NCBI GenBank assembly: GCA_000320545.1 | Contig: ADNK01001071.1 | Span: forward strand, 56,541 to 120,540 | Source of the DNA: Bigelowiella natans CCMP2755 | Lineage: Eukaryota; Protista; Cercozoa | Direction of reading: 5' to 3' | DNA length: 64,000 nucleotides | Shown: piece after piece, positions 1 through 12,800 of the stretch | How the letters are laid out: every line of letters starts with the position of its first letter | Position numbering within the stretch: position 1 is the stretch's first letter | Made by a program: the position numbers and the translations under genes | Notes under the pieces: model-generated | Told to the model about the DNA's origin: nothing | The model's input: the letters and a program-made list of their open reading frames with translations, nothing else | Database searches by the model: none

Positions 1-3000
1 TGTTGTCGGTGTGGAGGTCGGCGCAGCAGTTGCTTGAAGAATTTTCCGTATTATTTTGTTGTTGAAGTCGGACAAGTAAAGCGGTCTAGCCCCGCGTGGA
101 TCCACGATACCGAAATATGGGAAGTTAAATCGAGCGATGTGCCCGTAGCCGTCACGAGCCACAGCTGCGACACCGATACCTGCGATGCTCTGTACAATCT
201 GCGTCTGCAGATCTATCGCCCTGATTTTGTTGTTGTTGCTATCCATCACGTAGAGCAACGGCGGCTCGCGACTCGGGTCGACAATCACATCATTTGGGCC
301 CCAGAACACAGCAGAGCTAATACTCCCGTCTGTGTAAGCGCTGCCAGCTCCAGGCAAGCCAGTAATTGTCGTGACTTCCTTGGTTAATAGATTGATCTTA
401 CGGATCGCGTGATTGTCTCGGTCCGCAACATACAGGGTCCTCGTACCGTACGATGTCTTGTGGTAGCCAAGGCCGACAGGATCGTTCCAGCGAGTATTTG
501 AAGCAGCCCCGTCTCGATATCCGGAAGACGTGCTACCGGCCAATACACCGGTATAGAACTGTCCTGCATACGTCCCCACCCCTGCTACAACCTCTCGGAT
601 TAAGTGATTGCTTTGGTCCGCGACGTAAATCTTGGTTATGGAGTTGACATCCTCAACAACGCAGTCCCGAGGGTTCCTCAGGCGTGAGGCCGTGCCGTAG
701 CCATTCGAACTTCCGTAGCTGCCGGTAGGATGGCCGGCGATCGTTGTGACTTCCATGGCAAAGAAGTTAAGCTTGCGGATTTTGTGGTTGTCACCGTCCA
801 CAACGAAGAGATTCTTTGTCACCTTCTCGTAGCAAACTCCCACTGGATCATTAAACTGCGCAGTTGCAAAAGGGCCGTCGCGGTAGCCAGAGCTTGATCC
901 ACCAGCGAGCAAGAAGTTCGCCATGGTGTCCAACCTGAGATAGGTGCATGTGAGAAATGTTAAAACTTGCTATTCACACTGGGAGATTGACGGAAACACA
1001 AGGAACAGGAGAGAGGAAAGCAAAGAGAAACTAGGGGGATTATACGAACATTACAAAAAACACCCCTATATACGCAGAAAGAAGTGAAAGTGACCGTGTT
1101 TGGTAGATCTTATGGGCTGCAGTGTAGTATAAGTAGCCCGTAGCGACGTTGATATCCATTCCTCGTGGCTTATCCGAACCCAGGTTGATCACTGAAGTGA
1201 CCATAGCATTTGAAAGAGTTATCGGGGAACCACGGTTGGTGGGCCCGCCGGTTGGGGATTGGGTCATTGTCGGTACAAGGGTTGTCGGGTTCGCAGTGGG
1301 AGAAAGTGTTGCGGATGACAGCACTCGGATTGCTTTGTTACTGTAGTCTAGGTAGAAGACGGAGCGAAGACCCTTGGGGTTGAATACCAGGTCCCTGGCG
1401 TTGTCCATCCTAACAAGATTACCCTTTCCGTCTATAATCCCCCCACTCGACGAGCCCAAAATCGAATATACTTTGTCGGTCAACGAGTCGTACAAGCGAA
1501 TCTTATCACCAGTATTTTCCCCCACGAAGACGTAGGGCGGGCTTCGAGTGTTGTCGACCGCGACACTAATCGGTCGATTAAAGCGCGCGACGCGGCCTGG
1601 ACCATCTCTCTGGCCATGACTGTTGACTGTCCCCGCAACTGTTTTCACCTCCATAGTCTGCGTGTCAATCTGGCGCAGCAGCGAGTATTGGTAATCAGCA
1701 ACATATAAAACGGGATAGCCCTTGCTGACGTCAACTGTGACGTCATATGGGGAGTAGAAGCGGCAATGTGTGCCCACGCCGTCGCGGACCCCGGCATTTC
1801 TATCCCCAGCGATAGTGTCGACGACGGTTCCCATACTAGAAATGTCGATAACTCGTATTTTGTGGTAGCCGCGGTCGGCGACATACAGCATTGTACGCCC
1901 CATGCTCGGCTTGTACATTGCCATGCCCTCCGGATAGTAGAACCTCGCTTGGAAGGCGGCTCCATCATTGTAACCGCTGCCTCCCCCCGCAAGGATTTTC
2001 ACAACCTTTCGGTCTAGATCAACGACGCGAATCCTGTGGTTGTAGTTATCAACCACGTACACATATCGTTCACCAGGCCTACGTTTTTCATAAACCAAGC
2101 CTCGTGGAGAATAGAAACGGGCTATGGATAGCTGCCCATCCATGAGCGCAGCAGACCCACTCCCGGCGACTCTCGCAACTGATTGGTCCACAAGGTTGAC
2201 GCGCCGAATTATGTGATCACTGCAGCTGACGTACATCATCTCGTTCTCCTTGTCGTAATCCATTTGGAACATTGTGAATGTTGCATGGAACTTCGTTGTT
2301 GATTCTGCAGATTCGAATGGCCGGCCTGATTAACATACAAGAATGGGGAAAGAGTGGGAGGAGAAAATATAAGCATAGGAAATATAACTAGGATGGATAC
2401 TTTTGATCACCACCACCACCTCACTCTTTTTCGTGAGGACTACTTTCATTCTCACTGTCATTTCATACAACCTCTGGCAGTCGGCGTTGTTGTAGGTGTC
2501 CGAGTAATTGTGGGGACGGATGTCGGAGAAGCGGTTACATTCCGATAAACTAAAGTCCTGACAGCTTGGTTGGTACAATCAGTAACGTAAAGCTTCCGTT
2601 CCCCTCGTTTGTCAAAGGCCATTCCCCATAGATAACCAAACTGGGCAGTGCCTCCAAACCCGTCCATCTGCGGCATATTCGATCCGACGCCAGCAACACT
2701 GTTGACCTCGTTAGTCAGAAGATCTAGAGAACGGACCTTGTAATTGCCGTACTCGCTCACGTACAACAGGGGTGGATTCCGGGTTGGATCGATCTCGAGG
2801 AAATGAGGCTTGGAGAACAGTGCAATGGTTCCAATGCCATCTCGGCCCCCAACAACACTGCGTCGGCCTGCGATCGTCGTAACCTGTTGATTTGCCAAGT
2901 TGACCCGCCGTATCCGGTGGTAGGTGTAGCCGGTGACATAGACACTGTTCTCATAGTGAACGATACCCGTTGGGTAGTGGAAGCGTGCATGTGTGGTATG

Positions 3001-3850
3001 CCCGTCAAAGTAGCCGCAGGATCCCGAACCCGCCACGCGACTCACGATCACACCGTACAGGTTGATAGTGAGGACCCTCACAAGACAATTGGTTCGATCC
3101 GCTACGTACACATATTTCGCTGTCGGCGCCACCTTGACGGAGACATCGTTAGGATTGCGGGAATCCTGAGGTGATCCCCGGGCCATCACCGTTACCATAA
3201 CTTCCAGTTGGATGACCAGCTAGCGTGGTGACTGCACGATTGGTCAAATCTATAAGCCTGATCTGATGCGAATTGTAGTCGGCAACGTACACTTGGTGCG
3301 CACTAGTTTCGGGGTCAACGACAAATTGCATCCCCGTAGGCTCGTTGAATCGCGCATTCTTAAGAGCGCCGTCAAAGTAGCCAGCCGTACCCGACCCAGC
3401 GACCACTACCACCTGTCCAGTCTTAAGGTCCATGCGCCGAATCCTGTCATCGACCGAGGAGATGTACAAGTTGTTTGAGGCCTCGTCAAGGGCCACGCCG
3501 CGAGGGCAGCCATTCGTCATCCCCCTTGTCGCTGTGTCAACGATTACGCGGTCTGCTCTCATGGTTTTGCCTCTCACGGAAGGAGCGCTGGTGGGATGAC
3601 AGGTGATTGTTGGTCCTATAGTGGTTGGGGTACGCGTGGGCGACACAGTACCTCCGTTTGCAAAACGAATTGTATTGGTAGATATATCTGTCCAATAGAT
3701 TGCACGCCCGGCCGCAGTGTCGAAGGTGGGGAAATAGGGAGAGTATACCCTGTAAATGTATGGCATGTGAGGTTTTGTTAAATGCATGTTTATCTATTCC
3801 AATTGAGGTGTATGCCAGGACAGAAACTAAATACGTACTCATAAAACCGA

Positions 3851-3893
<43 letters not shown>

Positions 3894-6800
3894 ATAAAAT
3901 AATAATAATGAATATATTTGTAGATATATATGTATATTATACATATTAAAGAGAGAGAGAAAGAGAGGGGGGGGGGGGGTGGAGGAGTTGACTTTGCAAT
4001 TTGGCCCTTGCCGTCGACTTGACCTCCCGATCCTGTTCCTGCAACAAGCCCGACCATTTGTGTCTTCAAATCGAGCGCTCTCACTCTATGACCACTGTAA
4101 TCACAGATGTACAAGACCGGCGGATTGCGCGTCTTATCCGCGGTGATGCCCCATGGATAGTAAAAGCGCGCCGTTGTCGCTCTGCCATCCCAATTGCCCC
4201 CGCTGCGAGCCTTGTTTGCAATGGTGGTGACCTGGCGAGCCTCGAGATTGATGGCCCTAATGTTGGAGTACTGGTAGTTTGTCACGTATACCCACGTGGT
4301 GCCACCGATTTCTGCAGAAGTTACTCCCACAGGATTGTAGAATCGTGAGTAGTCCGACGTACCGTCATAGTAACCAGCATTCCTGTTGCCCCCAATCCTG
4401 TGCACATACTTGCCATTTTTACCGATTTCAATCATTCTTATTTGGTGGTAGCTGCGATCGGTAACGAAGATGAGCGTGTTGCCTTTCGTTGATCCCTGTG
4501 TGGAGTGGAGCACGTCAACATCATGTGGATAGTTGAACTGGGCGTGCATAGCATGGCCGTCGCGATAGCCCCGGCCTCCGTCCCCTGCGACAATGTCTAC
4601 GATGCCTTTTTGCAGGTCGATGACGCGAACCTTGCTGTTGTACGAATCGGCCAAATACAGCTTCTGCCCGCCCCCGTAGTTGTCGTAGCACATACCCAAG
4701 GGGGTGTAAAACCTCGAATTTGTCATCACTCCATCGACAGATCCGCTTGCTATGCCACCAATGCGCTTAATAGAACCGTCTTTCATGCTGATCCGGCGAA
4801 TTGAATGGTCTGACATAGTCGCATAGATATACCTATTGACTGGGTCCATCGCGAGACCCTTGAACTGTGTGCTGTCCTTGATCAGTGTACCAGTCTGAGA
4901 ATAGGGTACCCACAACGGCATCGCTCGGTTCGTAGGCACTCTCGTGGGAGAGATGGTTTGTGTTGGAGCCAGGGTTGATGGAGAAGAGGTCGGGATGGAC
5001 ATGTTTCCGTATCCAACGGAACGAATCTTGTAATTACTGTAGTCCACGAAGAATAGCGTCCCAAGATTGTAGCTGGGGGAATAGACCATGCCCCATGGCC
5101 TATTCATGCGGGCGGAATGCGATGGTCCGTCGACGGCCTGGCCTATGACTCCAATGCCAGCGACTCTGCCAGACGACCTGTCCTTCATGTCGATCACTCT
5201 TATTATGCTGTTTGAGTAATCGCTGACGTACACAAACGGAGGACTTACTGAATCATCAACAGCTACCCCACGTGGATAATTGAACCGAGAATTGGTACCA
5301 ATCCCATCTCTATTGCTGGCGCTGTTGCGGTATCCCCCAATTGTAGTTACCTGTCCGTTCGCCATGTTGATGGCGCGGACGCAGTCGTAAGATCCCTCTG
5401 CAATAAACAGCATGCCAGTGCCTTGCTTGCTAAGCGCAATAGCCTGGGGATGATAGAAGTAGGCGCTATTCCTATGTCCGTCCCTAAAGCTACGGCTACT
5501 TCCAGCATATGTCGACACGATGCTTCCCATTGCTCCCTCCGTTATCAAACGAATTCGGTAGTTACTAAGGTCAGCGATATACAACTCCAAATCTCCAGTA
5601 GACTTTCGCCAGCCCACGATATCATAGGGGTTATAGAACAGTGCCGTCCGTGGCGACCCGTCCCTATACCCATAGCTTCCAGTGGGGTGCCCTGCAGCCT
5701 TCACCACAGTGCCACTGTTTAGGTTTACCTCTCGGATGTTGTGATATGAATCGCACACGTACAGTATTGGCTGCGCAAACGAATCGTCAACCCAAATACC
5801 CCTCGGGTTGTTAAAGCGCGCTGTCATGAGTGGCCCGTCATAATAGTGAGCACTTCCGTATCCGGCAATGTGTGTTCTTGTTCCGGTTTTAATATTGACC
5901 TTATAGATTTTGTCGTCGGCGTTGCCGTAGTAAATCTCATGTCGCTTATCAGATATTCCAATGTTGTATGTATAACCAGAGTAGGAATTCACTGCGTTGA
6001 CGTAACTGTTTGGGAGATTAAAGGGCTCCTTGCGCTCGGTGGGGGCAGAGGTCGGGTTAACAGTGAAAATCGGCCCTTGTGTCGACGGGGTCATCGTTGG
6101 AGAAAGTGTCAACTCGGATATCATACGCACGGCTCGGTTGTTATACTCGAAGATGTAAATCTTAGTGCCGTCTGGTGACACCTGCACACCCTGTGGATTG
6201 TAGAAGGCTGCTTTGGTACCCGGTCCATCGAAGTAGCCCGTAGCTCCTACGCCAGCTACAGTACCGACGGTCTGTGTGCTAAGGTCGATTGCACGAACCC
6301 AATGTGTGTTATAGTCGTTCACGTACAAAATGGGAGGGTTAACACTCCTGTCGATTCCTATCCCCCATGGTCTAGAGAACCTCGCCGAAAGCGCGCTCCC
6401 ATCCCTTTTGGAGTGGCTGTTGTAATACCCAGCAATGGTGTAGACTCTGTTGTTGTTGGTGTCAAGTTTGCGCACAATTGCCCCGTAGTAGTCGGTAATG
6501 TACAGCACTTCCTTAGCCTGCGATTCATCAATTGCGATAGAGGTCGGGTAGTAAAAATATGAGCTCAATGCAGGCCCGTCACGGCGACTTGCACTTCCAG
6601 TACCTGCAGCTCTTGTGACATCGACACCAAAGGGCGTCATCGTGATCTTGCGGATCATGTGGGATTGGTAGTCTGTGACCCAGACGTGCGTCACACCGTT
6701 TGGCCGCACACTGACCGCAACTTCTTTTGGATTGTAAAACCTGCATGACCATGGTTTTCCGTCAGTACTCCCTGCATTCCTACTTCCTGCGACGTGGTGT

Positions 6801-9800
6801 ACAGTTTGGTCGGTCAAGTCGATGCGGCGAATCTGGTGGTAGGATTCATCAACCACGTACAACCATTTCTTGCTGTTCCTTTCCGATAGTGCGAGTCCTC
6901 TTGGGTTGTAGAAGCGTGCATACGTGGCAGCACCATCATAGTAGCCGGCAGTTCCACTCCCAGCCAACCTTGTGGATAGTCCAGTGCCCATGTTGACCTC
7001 ATGGATTCTATGGTCGCTCCCAGCGACATACATGATCTGCCTCTCAAAGTCGATTGCACCTTTACCTCTTACATAGAAACTCGTAGTCTTGAAGACGGTG
7101 GAAACGCTCGAACGTCGTCCCCAAACTGGTAGCCTTCGGATAGTTGGCGGACCTATAGGAACTCCCGTAGGGCTTTGCGTTGCGACCCTCGTTGGGATAT
7201 AGATCTTCCGGATACAATTATTTGAGTAGTCAGCGACGTACAGGACAGTTGAGCGGTTTCGTGTGTCGCAGATGATTCCCCTCGGTCGGTAAAACGAACT
7301 GTACAGAGCAGGTCCATCCCTCATTGTCACATAGCGACCTTCCCCTGCGACAGTATTGACGATTCCAGTCTTTTGATCGAGCATGCGAATATCATGGTTA
7401 CTGTACTCGGTGGTGTATAGGTCGGGTGGATTTCTCGTCTTGTCTAGAGCAATTCCCCACACACTATAGAACCGAGCCTGGCTCCTGGGGCCATCGCGCT
7501 TACTGTTGCCGTTTTGGATGCCTGCGATAGTGTACACTCTACCGTTCCTTGTGTCGACTTTGCGTATTATGTCGTAGGTGTAATCCGCGACATACACATC
7601 AACATATTTGTCGGTTCTTTCATACACAGCGACGTCGCGTGGACTATAGAAGTACGAGCTGAGCGCCGGGCCGTCCCGTCTTCCAGCGCTGCCTGAACCG
7701 GCAACTGTTTCGATCACTCGATGGCCTGCCAAGAGTTTTACCACTCGAATCCGGTGGTTACTATAATCCGCAATGTAGAGGTCAGGCTCAGGCAGGTCGG
7801 CATTCCCAATAACATCCTAACAAGTCAAGAAACACATGCGTTAGTGAAGTAAGTATCACGAGTATTGTCAACATTGGCAGTGCAGCCCGTCAATCGAAGA
7901 ATCTCAGTCGACGGTAGCGAGTGCACGTCCCCTCATCACCATAAAATTCAATACAGCACCTCTTTTGGATGATTTGCCAACTTGGATCGGTGAATGGAGA
8001 TGCCATATGGATTGTAAAGCAGCGCATAGGTCGCAGGACCGTCACGGTAGCCGTAACTGGTACTTCCAGCCACTGTGAAAACCTCATCTCTTTGGATATC
8101 AATGCGACGAATGCGGTGATTGGATGGGTCTGCCACGTAGATAATGGGCCGCATGTTGCCACGGTCAATGGCCAAGCCAGCCGGGTTGTAAAAGCGTGCC
8201 GTCGTCATCTTACCATCGTAGTTCCCTGCAGATCCAGATCCAGCGAGCACTGTCATTAGCCGCGAGTCGAGGGAAAGCTTATGAATCTTATGATGGCTCG
8301 AGGAAAAATAGATTACGTTCTCTTCCTCGTCTAGACAAAGCCCGTTGATCCCCGTGGTGTACTTGAAGACCGTATCAGTAACGACCTGGTCGACGCGGAG
8401 AGGTATGCCTCGTTTAGTCGGTGACAAAGTCGGCACCGCCGTGACAACTGGCATTTTTGTAGTAGGTGCACTGGTTTGCGTGTCTGCTACGTAGCTGATC
8501 TCTCGGAAGGAGTACGTGCCTCGGTCAACTACGTAGAGTACCCTCTTTCCATCCGGCTTTCGGCGGAAAATGACTTGACTAGGTTGGTAAAATTGAGCCT
8601 CGTACCTATTTTAGGAGATAAATGACCCTATGCATAATTTACAGTATAGCTCTATTTCGACACAGATATACTTCTGCATACACATGTGCATCCTTCTCCT
8701 TCCCATCATCTTCAATACTGCGCGCGCGCGCGCGCGCACACACACACACACACACAACACACACACACACACAAGGGCGTAAAGTGCTCATACCCAAAGC
8801 CATCCTTCGGTAATCTGTTGCTAGCTCCAGGATTATACCCTGCAACCAGGTAGGTTTTTTGCGTTGCAAGGTCGACACCACGCACACGATGATAAGTATA
8901 TCCAGCCGCGTAAAGAAATCCAGGACTTCTTGTGTTATCAATGGCCAAGCCCCACGGCCTGTGAAACCGTGCGTACGTGCCTCTACCATCACGTTGAGTC
9001 GCCGAATTGCCGTAGCCGGCGATGGTCGTGACCTGATTGCCAGTCACATCGACCTTTCGGATGCAGTCATTTTCGAAATCGCCAATATAAAGCACAGTAT
9101 TTCCACCGCTATCGTCTACGACGATGCCGCGTGGATTACGAAAGTATGCATGGGTAAGGCGCCCATCTCGCCAGCCTGCAGGTCCATAACTGTTACCGCT
9201 GCCGGCGACGCGGGTGACATAGTCGAGAGAACCGTCACTTGGAATCGTAATCTTTCGGACCAGATGACCACTATAATCCACTGTGTAGAGCAAGGTACCC
9301 TCCGTTGGCTTCTTCTGCATTGTGAGCCCACTTGGGTAATAGAACCGCGCTTTAAGTGCGTATCCGTCCCAGAAACCATAGCTGCTTTCACCAGCTATGG
9401 TCAAACATTCACGCTTAGTCATGTCCAGCACTCGGATTCTATGGTATTGTCGGTCAGCAAAGTAAAACTTCACTTCCCCGTCAGCAGATCTGTCGAGGAC
9501 AACCCCTTCTACAGAGGTACTGAAACGGCATGTTGTAAACGGCCCATCATAATAGCCACTGCTGGTCCCTGCGATATTCTTCACGATGCCCGTGTCGGGG
9601 TTCATCGATCTCATTCTCGCGACAGAGTCAAAGAAGTAGAGGAGCTTATCATCCTCGTCCCAGACAGCTCCATTTGGATACCCCCCCGTGCTTCGCCCGA
9701 GGGTTCGCACGTTGGCCATCTCTGCAACCATTATGTCGCCGCGACCAGAGATAGCTGGCTGGAAGGTTGGACCGCTTGTGCCGGGAACTGGAGATCCTGT

Positions 9801-12800
9801 CGGAGCGTTCATCGTAGACAGAACGCGAATCTTGCTGTTACTATAATCGGCAATATAAATCCTGCGAGAGTTCGTATCGATCGTGATAGAGTATGGATTA
9901 TTGAATAATGCTACGGAGCCCGATCCATCACGGTAGCCAGCCACATACATATATTGTACAAGAGGCGTGACACTGCGTGTATTCATATTGACTTGTCGGA
10001 TTCTGTCAGTATTATACTCCAGCACGTACATAGTCGGGGCCGAGGGAGACGTCAGGTCGAGAGCCATGCTGATTGGGTTGTTGAACCTCGCATTAGTGCC
10101 TACTCCATCAAACCAAGAAGCAGACCCCATTCGCCCCACAAAAGTGGTTACGACTGTTTGCCTAACATTGCTCGGCACCTCCAATTTGCGGATAGCATCT
10201 CCATACTCTGCGACATAAATAATGTCCTTACCAGATTGATGTTTTTCGAAAACGACATCACGAGGACTGTTGAACCTAGCGCGTGTCCATGTTCCATCAT
10301 AGCTCCCAGCACTTCTCGTATAATAACCTCCAACCATATGCACTTGGGTGCCGTCGAATTGTCGAACCTTATGGTTGGAATAGTCAGCAATGTAAATTTT
10401 GCCCTTTGCGTACACAGCGAGGCCGTATGGGTTGTAGAATCTGGAGGACAGTGCCGCACCATCGTTGTAGCCATACGAGTTGTATCGCCCACAGACAGTT
10501 GTGACCATATTGGTTCGCATATCGAATTTCCTTATGATGTGATAGGATGAGCTTGTTGCAAAGATCACCTGGTAATCATCAAATTGATCTATCTCCATTC
10601 CCCAAATGTTGTAAAAATAAGCTGAGGATGCGGGTCCGTCACGATGAGAGGCGGTTCCCGTTCCAGCGACTGTAGTGATTTGCCCATTTTCAATCTTATA
10701 AATTCTATAATTACCGGAGGCGTACAGGAGCGACCTTGTTGGATCAAATGTCAAAACCTTGGGCGACGTGAAGGACACGTATGTCTCAACATTGGTCAGC
10801 TTCGGAATGGTTGGCATAACGCCCGTCAACGTTGGGGCTTTGGTCTGAGTTGGTGCGGTAGTTTCAGGAGGAGAGTAGTACTGGACGGTCCTAATTGCTT
10901 GATTGGAATAGTCAGTAAGGTAGAGAGTCCCGTTGTAAAAATGGCAATTATCCGGGTAATTAAACATTGCGGAGCTTGTACGACCGTCGCGGTAGCCTGC
11001 TGACCTTGTGCCTGCGACCAAATACGTCTGCCCAGTCGATACGTCGATCGACCGAATTGTTTCATATGTAAGACCCATTACGTAGATGAACGTCGGGTTG
11101 CGCGAAACATCCAAGCAAACACCTCGTGGCCTATGAAACTTGGCCGTTAGCAGTGCCCCATCTCCGTAGCCCGCAGACCTTCTCACTCCAGCGAGTGTTG
11201 TCACTTGTGCACTTGGATTCATAACGATCTTGCGTATCGTATAGGTATACTCGTCACCGACATAAACCACTGGGTAGTTGTAGTCGGGATCAACAGCCAC
11301 GCTGAATGGATGGTAAAAGTACGGAGTCCGCCCATTACCATCCCGATGGGAGGCAGAGCCTGCTCCGATTGTGTCAACAATGTGCACGCCCGCGGTGCCC
11401 ATCTTTGTGATAGTGCGTATCCTGTGGTTTGAGCGGTCGGCGATGAAGGTAATCTGGTTTTGGGAACTGGATGATGGCTTTGGATAGTATATAGAAATGC
11501 CACTCGGATAGTAGAATCGAGCATACTTGTTAATTCCATCCTGCATGATTTTAGTTGGGAGGATGTAATCATCGCAAATTAGGGCGCTATGAAGTGGATA
11601 GTAATATTTACAAAAGCTGTCCAAAAAAGTTTATTCACACACATTAGACATTAGTACTCAAGCATTACTACCTGAGAGCCATAACTCCCAGTGGGGTGTC
11701 CAGCAAGCTTCGTTGTAAAGCCGCTACTGAGGTCAACCCTACGGATGTTGTGGTATGTGTAGTCTGTGACATACAGTACTACTCCCACCTCATCGTAATT
11801 GACCTCCAGCTGACTAGGATTGTAGAATCGTGCGACTTGAAGGTTGTGGCCGTCCATATAACCTGTACTACCGGTCCCGGCAACGACAGCCATCTGCCCT
11901 GTTGCCCGATCCAGACTCCGTATCCGATGGTCGCTAGTCGTGACATACATGGTACCTGTCCTCCGATCGATAGTCACACCTCGTGGATATCCTCCCATCC
12001 CACCTTTTTTCAGGGTCTTCACGACATACTTGACATCGGACATGAATGGACTACCCCTAGCCGATGGGCCAGTCGTGCCAATGAGAGGAGTGTGAGTCGT
12101 AGGTGTAACCGTCGGAGTCAAAGTTGCGCGATAAATCTCGCGAATCGCCATATTAGTGTAATCGGCGACGAAAAGGTGACGAGGGTCTTTCTGATCGATC
12201 GTTATGTAATATGGGTTGTTGAAACGTGCAGTAGCTCCAGGGCCATCTTCGCGCGCACCACCAGTCAGCCTGCCAGCAACACGGTTTACTGCCATGGTCT
12301 TCAGATCCACGGATCGAACGCCATCGTAGCCATACCCAGTCACATAGAGAACATGCGGGTTGCGAGTTTTGTCGATTGTGATGCCAATTGGGTAGTTGAA
12401 CTTCGCGCTTCTACCAATTCCGTCGAAGAATCCACTCGAATGACGTACTCCAGCGATTGTTGTTACTTTATTGGCGACAACATCGATTAGTCTGATGGCA
12501 TGGCTGTATGCGTCCGCAACGTATACATACGCGCCTGTCTTTGCTGGGTTCATTGTAGTTGCAACGCCTCCAGGGTAGTAAAATCGTGCCGTGTTAGTCG
12601 GACCGTCCATCATAGCGGCGCTTCCGGTCCCTCCAGCCGTTTTCACCTCGTTCTTGTGAATCTTTCTAACACGGTGGTTGCTCCAATCTGCCACATAGAC
12701 CTCTGGATCTGAGGATGGAGTCAGCGCAAAGACTGAAACATCTCTTGGATTATTGAAGTAGGCGCTACTGGGGCGGCCATCGCGGAAGGATGCGGTTCCA

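Noticed and set aside
3149-3205. Micro-intron explaining the frameshift
   Set aside because: Available GT..AG pairs are 24, 30 or 36 nt, all multiples of three, so the frame is not restored.
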